Shown in pieces: positions 56,201 through 64,000 of a DNA stretch of 64,000 nucleotides. The DNA lies in contig OZ176060.1 in the NCBI GenBank assembly GCA_964247055.1, forward strand, positions 682,001 through 746,000, in the 5' to 3' direction. The stretch is from Paragordius varius (Eukaryota > Animalia > Nematomorpha). The position numbers were made by a program, and so were the translations under genes. Within the stretch, counting starts at the first letter, position 1; each line of letters begins with the position of its first letter. Under the pieces are notes generated by a model. It saw nothing but the letters and a program-made list of their open reading frames with translations, was not told the DNA's origin and did not search any database.

Positions 56201-59200
56201 TTTAGAATAACCGCCCCCTTTAGACGTCAATTATTTACGACAACACCTGTTCGTCCCATCAGCTGTTTAATTATTTTTTATTTAATTTTTTAAAAAATTA
56301 TATTTATTTATTTTTATATATTTATTTTAAATTATAAAATTATTAAAAACATAAAAATATATTAAAAAATATTTTATTTAATTTTAAATTTATTTTTTTA
56401 TTTAAAATTTTTTTAATAAATAAAGCTTTTATGATTTTTTATTTATTTTTATAAAAAAAAAATTTATATTTATTTATTTATTTTTTAAATTATTTTTACC
56501 TTTAAAAAATAATTAAATTTTAATATTATATTTTAATTAATTAATTATTTATTTATTTTATATTTTAGTATATATTTTTTAAAAAATAATTTTTTAATAT
56601 TGTTTTATTTAAAAAAAATAATTTTATGTATTTTTAAATTTTAATAAAATATAAAAAAAATAGTTTTTAATATTTTTTATAAATAAAAAATTATATTTTA
56701 TTAAAAAAATTAATTTTTAATTTAAAAAATATTTTTTTAGTATTTTCTAGAAGAACTTTGCCATCTATACCAGGTTTTTTATTTTTTTTATTTTTTTTTA
56801 TTTTTTTTATATTATTTATTATTTTTTATTATTTAAATAAATTATATAAATATTTTTTTAGTTTTAAATATTCTATTATTTAATTTTTTAATTTTTTTTT
56901 AATTTTTTTTTCAAAATATTATTATTTAATTTATAATTTTATAAAATATTTTTATTTAATTTTTTTTAGATTATTAAATATTAACTGTTAATTTTTTATT
57001 TAAAATTAAATAAATTAGTATCATTTTATGTTTTTATTAAAAATTTTATAATTTTTTTTTATTAATTTTAATCTTTTAAATAATGTTTTGTAATATTTAT
57101 TTATAAAAATTTTTTTTGAATATTTTTAACAAATTAACTCTTTAATAAATATAAAAAATTTATATTTTAATTATTTTCAGTTATTTTAAAATTAAATAAT
57201 ATATATTTTTTTAAAAAAAAATTAATTTTAATTTAAATAAAATATTAAATATTTAAATATTGAATAATATTATAAATTTATATTAATTTAATTATATAAT
57301 TTTAAATAATAAATTAAAATTTTTAATATATTTTTATTAATTTAAATTAAGTTTTATATATTTTATTAAAATAATTTAAAAATTTATTTAAATAAATTTT
57401 TTTTAAATCAGCTGTTAGATTAGAAACAGCTGGTTTTGGAAGTTCTAGAAGTTCGGTTATTACACGTGCCCGTTTTACAGGTAAAAATAAAAAATATTTT
57501 TAAATTATTTTATTTAATATTTTTTACAAATATTAAAATAAAAATATTTTAATAAAGTTTATTAAAAAAATATAAATAAATAAATAAACATATATATATA
57601 TATATATACAATATTAAAAATTAAATTAATTATTTTTTTAAATAAATATTTTTTTTTTAAATAATTTTAAATAATAATATTTTTAATAATATAAATATAA
57701 ATAAAAATTAAAAATATTTGAAAAAAATTGTTAAAAATAATAAAAAAATAAAAAAAAATAAAAAAATAAAAAAAATAATTAAATATAAATAAATACATAT
57801 ATTATATATATATAATTTAAAAAATTGGAAAAAAAATATTTATTAAAAAGGAAAAAATTATTTTTATTTTAAAGATTTTAAATAAATAAAAAATTAATTA
57901 ATTTATAAAAATATATTTTTTTAACTTTGAAAATTATAATTTGAGTAAATTAGAAAATTCATGAAATATTTAAAATAATTAATTTTAAATTTTATTAGGT
58001 TTTTGTAATTAAATAATAAAATTATATATAAATTAATTTTTTAATATTTTTTCAATAAAATAAAATTAAATAATTAATTTTTTAGTTTTAAAAAATAATA
58101 TTTTAATTAATATTATTATTATCAATAAATTTAATTAAATATAAAACTAAAATATATTAAAATATTTTTTTTTCATAAAAAATAAATTATTAAATAGATA
58201 AATAATTTTTTAATAATTTATTATTATTATTAGTAGTATATAATTTAATTTTATTATTTTTAAAATTGAAATATATATTTTAGATAATTAAATATAAAAT
58301 ATTTAATAAAAAATTTTTTATAAAAAAATATTTTTTTAATATTTTTTATTTAAAGCGCCACCTTTTCGTCCGCAAACGCCCAGGCTTTCGCCTTTTACCA
58401 TTAATTCTGGTAATTAAATTTTTTTTAATTTATTTAAAAAATTATATTTTATTAATTTTTAAAAAATATATTATTAAAATATATTTAATATATATAAATA
58501 TTTTTTTTTGATTTAATTGTTTTTATTAAAAATATTATAAAATTATTAAAAAAATTAAAAAAATATATTTTACTTTTTTATTTTAAATATTTTTATAGAT
58601 TAATTTAAATATAATTTTATTTTTTAATATATATTTTAGACTGATTTTTTTATATTTTAATTATAAAATTTTTATATTTTTAAATATTTTTATTTTTTAA
58701 ATTTCTTATTTTTTTATTTAATAATTTTTTTAGTTCCCCCAATAACAAGAACTCCACCAGCTGTTTTACCACCTGGTTTACCTAGAGGTAATATTAATAA
58801 AAAATAATTTTTTTATTTTTTTAAATATTTTTTTTATTTGAAAAATAAAATAAACTTTTTTATTTTATGAAATATTATATAAATAATAAATTTATTAAAA
58901 TATTTTTAATTTATTTTATAATATTATAAAATTAAATTTTTAATTAAAAATATAAAAAAAAATTATATAAAATTATTTTTTATTAAAAAAAATAAAATTT
59001 TCTTTTTTTATTTTTCAATATAAAATTAAAAAATTTCAAAAAAAAATTTTATTTTTATAATTTTTTAATTTTTATTTTTTATTTTTTTAATAATTAAAAA
59101 TATTCGTTTATTTTTAATTTTTTTGTTTGTATTTTTCTACTTATAATTTTTTTTAATATTTTTTTATTTTATTTTTTTTTAAAAAATATTTTTTTAAATA

Positions 59201-62200
59201 ATTTTAATTTATTTTTTTAATTATATATATAAAAGTTATGTAGAAAATAAATTTTTTTTATTTATTAATAATTTTTCGTTTTTTATTTTTGAATAAAAAT
59301 AAATTTTTTTAGTCCTTTTTTGTTAAAATAAAAATAAAAAATAAATTAAAAAAATTAATTATTTTAATTTTATTATTTTATTATATCTTTCATTATTTAA
59401 AAATTTTCTTTTTTTATTTTTTATTTTTATTTATTTTTTAATTTTATTTATTTTTTAATTTTATTTAAATAAATAAAAAAATTTAACATGTTATAAATTG
59501 AATTTTTATTAATATAGAAATAATTTTTTTTAAATATATAAAAAAATTAAATATATTTAAATATTTTAAATTTTTATTAAAATATAAATTATTTTTTTTT
59601 TAAATTTCTTAATTAAATTATATAATTTTTTTTTAAATTTTTTTTTTATTTTTTAATTTTTTTTATTTTTTTAGCAAATATTTTTTTTTTAAAAAAAAAA
59701 TAATTAATCTAATAATTAAAAAAAAAAATTATTATTTTTTATTATTCAATTATTTAAAAAAAATATTTTTTTAGTTTAAAGTATATTATGTAAAAATTAA
59801 ATATAATTAATTTTTTATAAGATTTACACTATAAATATATTTTTATTAAAAATATTTTTATTTTGTGTTTTTTTAAAATTAATTTTATTGAAAATATTTT
59901 TATTTTATTTTTTTTATAATTATTAATTGTTTATTAAAAATTTTATGTATTTTTAAATTTTTATTTTTTTTCTTTATAAATATAATATTTAATATTTTTT
60001 AAATAAAAAATATTTATAAAAAAAAAATAATTATTTTTTTATTTTATTTATTTTTTTACTATTTATATTTTATAATTATTAAATTCATTTAGTTTTAATT
60101 TTTTTAAAATGAACAAATAAATATATTTTATATTTTAGTTTTTTATTTTTTTTAATTTTTTTGTTTTGTTTAATTTTTTTTAATTAAAATATATATATTT
60201 TTTAAGAAATTCAATAATTTTTTTTAATTTTTTTATTTTTATAAATTTTAAGGTTTTTTTTTATTTTTTTATTTTTTTAATTTTTTTTATTTTATTTTTA
60301 ATATTTTTTATTTTTTCAATTTTTAATATTTTTTTTTAGTTTTTGTCCCAATGAGCATAATGGCAATGAATATGGATGAATGGCAATGCGAATTCGATGT
60401 AAAATTATTTTTTAAGAAATCAGCTGTTTTTTAATTATTTTTAAATAAAATAATTTAAAAAAAAATTAAAATTATAAATATTTTGACTTTTATAAATTAA
60501 TTATTTATTATTAAATTTTAAAATCACAATTTTTTTATTATTAAATATTTTAAATTATGAAAAATTTTTTAAAATTATAATATTTTAATTTTAAATATTT
60601 AAAATTTAAAATTTTTAGATTATTTAATAATATTATTTTCAAAAATTAAAATAAATAATTATTTTAATATTCTAATTCATAAATTTAATTATTTATAATT
60701 TATTTAAGATTTTAATTTTTATTTAAAGAACAGCTGTTTATTAAATGTTAATTATATATTAAAATAATTATAATCTTTAATATTTTCTAAAAAAAATTAT
60801 TTTCATATTTTTCAAAAACAGCTGTTTTTATTTCCACTAGAGTATAAAAATAAATGCAAACACGAAAGAAATTAATTTTAAATGCAAATCAGCTGATGAT
60901 TAATTAATCAATTAAAAACTAAAAAAAAATATTTATAAATTCAAATGATAAATTAATAATTTTATTAAATAATTAATTATAAAATTATTTATTTAATATA
61001 TAATATCAAATATTTTTATATATTATACATTTAAAAGAATCAAAACAGCTGTTTTTTCTTAAATATTTTTTATAAAAAAAAATAAAAAATTATATTATAA
61101 TTTTAATATTCTAAAATATATATATTAATAATAAATTTAATTATTTCATATTATAAATATTATATTTATAATTTTTAAAAATCAGCTGTTTTCAATATTT
61201 CCACTAGAGTATGAAAATAAATGCAAACAGGAAAGAAATAAATTTTGAATGCAAATCAGCTGATGGAATATATCCTATGCCGGGAAAGAATTGTGTTTGG
61301 TAAATAAAATTTAAAAAAAATTTTATAAAAAAAATTTAAAATAATTTTATAAAAAAAATTAATTTAAAATATTTTTTATAAAAAAAATTAAAAAAAAATA
61401 AAATTATTTATTATAAAATATTTTTAAATATTTTTAAAATAATATTTTATGTAAATTTTTTATTTTTTGAAAAATAAATAAATTTATTTTAAAAAATTTT
61501 ATAAATACATTTTTTTATTTTTTTTTAAATTATTATTTTTTTTACATTTTTTATTATTAAAAAAAATTGAAATTTAAAAATTAATGAAAATTGAATGATT
61601 TAAAAAAATATTTTTATAAAAAAAAATAAAAAAATAATTTATAAAATAAATTTATTAAAAAAATTAAAACATTTATTTTTAAAATAAATTTATTTTTTAT
61701 AAAAATATAAAAATATTAAATTATTTTTGTTTTAATTTTTTAATAAAATATTTTAAATTAAATATATTTATAAAAAAACATTTTTAAATAATTAGTTTTA
61801 ATAAAATAAAAAAATTTAAAATTTAAATAAATTTTAAAAAACTTTTTAAATATTATTTTTTAATCAAATTTTTTATTTTATATCTAAAAAAATAATTTTT
61901 TATTTTTTTTTATAAATTAAATAATATATTATTATATAAATATTTAAAAAATTTTTTATTTATATAATTAATTTTTTATATTTTAAATAAATATTTTTTT
62001 AAATATTATTATTTAAATATTTTTATAAAAAAAATTATATATTAGTAATTCAAATAAAAAAAAATATTTTTTAATAAAATTTTTTTTTTATTTTCTGTTT
62101 TCAGGTATGTTGCTTGTTCCAATTTCTATGCTTGGTTCATGTGTTGTCCACATGGAACACTTTTTGATGTTCGGTCAAACATTTGCGAAACAGCTGATAA

Positions 62201-62219
62201 AATAACATGTGATTATTGA
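21136..62219 (+). CDS. Gene 2: large, probably secreted low-complexity protein with a Pro/Thr/Ser/Arg-rich linker and a C-terminal peritrophin-A (ChtBD2/CBM14) chitin-binding domain, ~951 aa, 34 exons
   Basis: Hand-built exons: 21136-21316, 22131-22181, 22963-23005, 25099-25207, 28208-28324, 29672-29732, 30266-30315, 31100-31215, 33791-33933, 35123-35221, 35836-35886, 36518-36571, 38580-38665, 39412-39469, 40091-40144, 41290-41375, 42204-42261, 42846-42926, 43704-43787, 45356-45438, 46361-46498, 50974-51129, 51759-51924, 53839-53901, 54394-54445, 55360-55440, 56206-56264, 56741-56773, 57412-57480, 58356-58409, 58734-58787, 60340-60398, 61208-61299, 62105-62219. The total is 2856 nt, all GT-AG, with one open frame across 33 junctions. 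Least certain: the start codon (21136 vs 21262) and both ends of exon 22 (alternative acceptor 51004). A hydrophobic stretch IFFLFSIFIFLNF precedes IHS-QN. Confidence 0.85.
24011..24895 (+). pseudogene. Three partial copies of the exon 4 5' end inside intron 3
   Basis: tttag|TAAAGTTGACATAGTCAATGAAAGG at ~24011, tttag|TAGAGCTGACATCTTATTGGTTAAAGAAAGGAGAATT at ~24643, and ctgacatcttatt at ~24879. Confidence 0.85.
25464..27610 (+). pseudogene. Six or more partial copies of the exon 4 3' end (NPNPQIDFPGNF) inside intron 4
   Basis: Copies at ~25464, 26218, 26581, 26898, 27082 and 27571. Three of them retain the gta donor. Confidence 0.9.
25650..26180. repeat. Intronic A-rich ~150-190-bp tandem triplication
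   Basis: aaaaaacgaaaaaaaattaaaaaaaaaatatttttttattaaaattaaaataataaacatttattttaaaattaaaataaattttgttttt occurs three times. Confidence 0.8.
30821..33480 (+). pseudogene. Echoes of exon 8 (5' end, 3' end, middle) and seven echoes of the exon 9 5' end
   Basis: Exon 8-like at ~30823, ~31387-31436 and ~32142. tttag|CATTTCNGTWAAAATAATTCCTGG at ~31858, 32038, 32356, 32543, 33071, 33306 (AG lost) and 33444. Confidence 0.9.
34086..34665 (+). pseudogene. Four echoes of the exon 9 3' end
   Basis: atgttaaccgaac... at ~34087, 34289, 34447 and 34640. The first two keep AAAA|gta. Confidence 0.8.
35890..42261 (+). repeat. Tandem duplication of a three-exon cassette (exons 12-14 and 15-17)
   Basis: AEQNLISGGKHMEIQTEK/AEQYLISGGKHMEKQTEK; IQSEKSTIPFNFWKETADIGKDIKTDVLK/IQPEKSTTPFNFWKETADIGKDIKTDVLK; LIERNITDDYEPKTPEFSK/LIEKNTTDDYKPKTPEFGK. 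Exon lengths are identical (54/86/58). Shared intron anchors at 36105/39621, 36253/39812 and 36370/39930. Confidence 0.92.
36660..37480. repeat. Intronic T-rich ~430-bp tandem duplication
   Basis: Block starting ttttataaattttttaatatttttttttatattttttattaatatttttttcatttatt at ~36661 and ~37102. Confidence 0.75.
46500..50930 (+). pseudogene. Array of ~13 copies (~300-450-bp period) of the exon 21 3' part (ALIDEIGHDSAVSVIRNPEKQLIKVSK) plus spacer, in intron 21
   Basis: Copies at ~46742, 47059, 47476, 47697 (degenerate), 48051, 48396 (deleted), 48781, 49111, 49503, 49901, 50152, 50316 and 50633. Confidence 0.93.
52080..52870 (+). pseudogene. Four echoes of the exon 23 3' end (FQIPTDYDF|gt)
   Basis: ttttcaaattcYtactgattatgattttggtat at ~52087, 52311 and 52580, and a truncated copy at ~52849. 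Confidence 0.85.
60815..60903 (+). pseudogene. Upstream echo of the exon 33 5' half with an intact acceptor
   Basis: tttccactag|AGTATAAAAATAAATGCAAACACGAAAGAAATTAATTTTAAATGCAAATCAGCTGATGATTAA versus the functional exon at 61208. Confidence 0.88.
61250..62210 (+). other. Peritrophin-A/ChtBD2 domain split over exons 33-34
   Basis: C-KSADGIYPMPGKN-C-VWYVA-C-SNFYAWFMC-C-PHGTLFDVRSNI-C-ETADKIT-C has spacing C-x13-C-x5-C-x9-C-x12-C-x7-C, matching the established six-cysteine peritrophin-A pattern, with conserved aromatic residues and a CPxGxxF motif. Confidence 0.93.
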
Positions 62220-62359
62220 CAACAGCTGTTATTGAATTGTTATTGAAATAAATTTATTAATAATTTATAATTTTATATAATTTATTTATTTGATTATTAA
62301 ATTTATTAGTATTTTTAATTTATATTTTTAATGATTTTTCTAGAACTAAATTTTTTTTC

Positions 62360-62750
62360 AAAAAAATGCGAAACAGCTGATAAAATAACATGTTATTACT
62401 GAACAGCTGTTATAATTAAAAATTTAATAAATTAATAAATTTTTAATAATTATTTATGTTATAAATATATAGACATATATATATATATATATAGTAATTT
62501 TTAATTAATATTCTTTAAATATTGAACATATATTTTCGAAAATACTAAAATTGCGAAACAGCTGATAATGTGATTACTGAACAGCTGTTATTGAATTGAT
62601 ATTGAAATAAATATTATAATTAATTGATTTATATAATCAATTATATATATAATTTATGTATTATTAATTTTTTTTACATATTTATTATTTTAGATATATT
62701 TTTAATAAAAGTAGATAAAATTACATGTGATTCTTGAACAGCTGTTAATA
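62360..62750 (+). pseudogene. Three echoes of the terminal exon end, including the stop codon
   Basis: gcgaaacagctgataa...atgtKattactgaacagctgtta at ~62368 and ~62553, and a more decayed copy at ~62713. Confidence 0.8.
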
Positions 62751-62799
62751 ATTATTTACGTTATATAATTTATAAATATAATTAATATTGAATATATAT

Positions 62800-64000
62800 A
62801 ATTTGGTTTAAAATGGTTAAAAATACAAAAAATCCGACAAAAATTGCATAAAAATTGATTGAAACAGCTGATTTATTTGAGCTAAAATTGAAAAATACAA
62901 AATATCCGTAAATTGAATAAAAATTGTTTGAATTTTGTAGAAAATTCTGAAAATTGACAAAAATTGTAAAAAAATTGAATAATTAAAATAATCTACCAAA
63001 AACAGCTGTTCATATCAAAAAGATTTGATTTATTATTAGATTTATTTCTTAAATTTTTTGTTAAAAAAATAGTTGAAATAAAATTTTGCCCTCATAGATG
63101 AGATTGGTCTTGACTCAGCTGTTTCTGTTATTAGGAACCCAGCTGTATAAAATAGCTGACTAAAGTTTCTAAAGTAATTTTTCAAGATTAAAAGTTTGAA
63201 AAAATCTATATTTGTGACAAAAAAACGAAAAATAAACCGTCAAAAATTGATAAAAATTAAAAAAAAATGACAAAAATTGATAAAAATTGAAAAAAAACAG
63301 CTGATTTGGTATAAAATTGTTAAAAATACAAAAAATTCGACAAAAAATGAATTAAAATTGTTTAAAACAGCTGATTTTTTTATTAAATCTACCAAAAACA
63401 GCTGTTCATTCATAAAGATTTAATTAAAAAAAAATAGAATTATTTCAATTTAAATTTTTTGTTAAAAAATTGAAATAAAATTTTGCCCTTATCGATAAGA
63501 TTGGTCATGACTCAGCTGTTATTGTCATCAGAAACCCTGAAAATCAGCTGATCAAAATTTCTAAGAAGGTTATTTTACAAAGTTTTAAACTTTAATAATT
63601 CTTTGAAAAAAAGAAAAAAAATGAAAAAAATATAAAAAGTTGATTAAAACAGCTGATTTGGTTTAAAATGGTTAAAAATACAAAATTTGAATAAAAGTAG
63701 TTTAAAACAGGTGATTGGGCTAAAAATTCTAAAAAAATGACAAAGACTGACAAAATTCAAAAAAAAATTGAATCAAACAGCTGATTTTTATTAATTTAAA
63801 GAAATAAAAAATAAAAAGTGGTGATTGTCTAAAAAGTTTAAAATTAAATTTATTCTTTTTTCAATATATTTTAAATTTTTTCAAAAAATGAAATTATTTT
63901 CATTCATCGATGAAATTGGTCATGACTCAGCTGTTTCGGTTATCAGGAACCCTAAAAAACAGCTGATTAAAATTTCTAAAGTAATTTTAAAAGATTTTTT
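62800..64000 (+). repeat. Second array of the exon 21-derived repeat, downstream of the gene 2 stop and running off the window
   Basis: Coding-like blocks at ~63085, 63481 and 63898, with the same spacer as 46.5-50.9 kb (tctatatttgtgacaaaaaaacgaaaa; aacagctgttcattcataaagatttaatt). Confidence 0.92.

Noticed and set aside
56751-56773. 23-nt version of exon 28 using the ttctag acceptor
   Set aside because: It creates TAA at the junction with exon 27. The acceptor 10 nt upstream (56741) restores the frame on both sides.
60340-60398. Alternative frame FCPNEHNGNEYG* resembling the start of another chitin-binding domain
   Set aside because: It has the wrong phase relative to exon 31 and ends in TGA. 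The modelled frame is open and matches both neighbours. A sequencing indel cannot be excluded without reads.
62817-62999. 60-aa minus-strand ORF
   Set aside because: Antisense frame of the repeat spacer, with no splice or coding signature.
1-64000. Organellar or endosymbiont origin suggested by extreme A/T content
   Set aside because: Dozens of phase-consistent GT-AG introns and standard-code secreted proteins indicate nuclear DNA; no rRNA, tRNA or respiratory genes were seen.

Overview
Extremely AT-rich eukaryotic nuclear DNA (roughly 10-15% GC by eye, not computed). Short exons, TTTTAG/TTTCAG acceptors and degenerate donors suggest a nematode, but that is an inference. No prokaryotic features, rRNA, tRNA or CRISPR were seen. 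Bases 1-14 kb are a patchwork of four satellite families (order A-B-C-D-B-A-B-C-D), followed by a ~0.8 kb foldback element made of nested hairpins. Two spliced genes were reconstructed by hand with consistent intron phases. Gene 1 (minus strand, 4 exons, 110 aa) encodes a signal peptide, a Pro/Ala/Ser/Thr-rich core and a GPI-type tail. Gene 2 (plus strand, 34 exons over 41 kb, about 951 aa) is divergent from it and ends in a canonical peritrophin-A (ChtBD2/CBM14) chitin-binding domain. Two unusual signals dominate. (1) Gene 2 introns are filled with partial copies ('echoes') of the adjacent exon ends. Acceptor-only copies lie upstream and donor-only copies lie downstream. Their shared variation is largely synonymous or in-frame, although they cannot be canonical exons. 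(2) The palindrome CAGCTG occurs about 200 times by hand count. It sits in most satellites and most exons, serves as the 3' splice site of about a quarter of the introns, and lies at several satellite switches and echo breakpoints.
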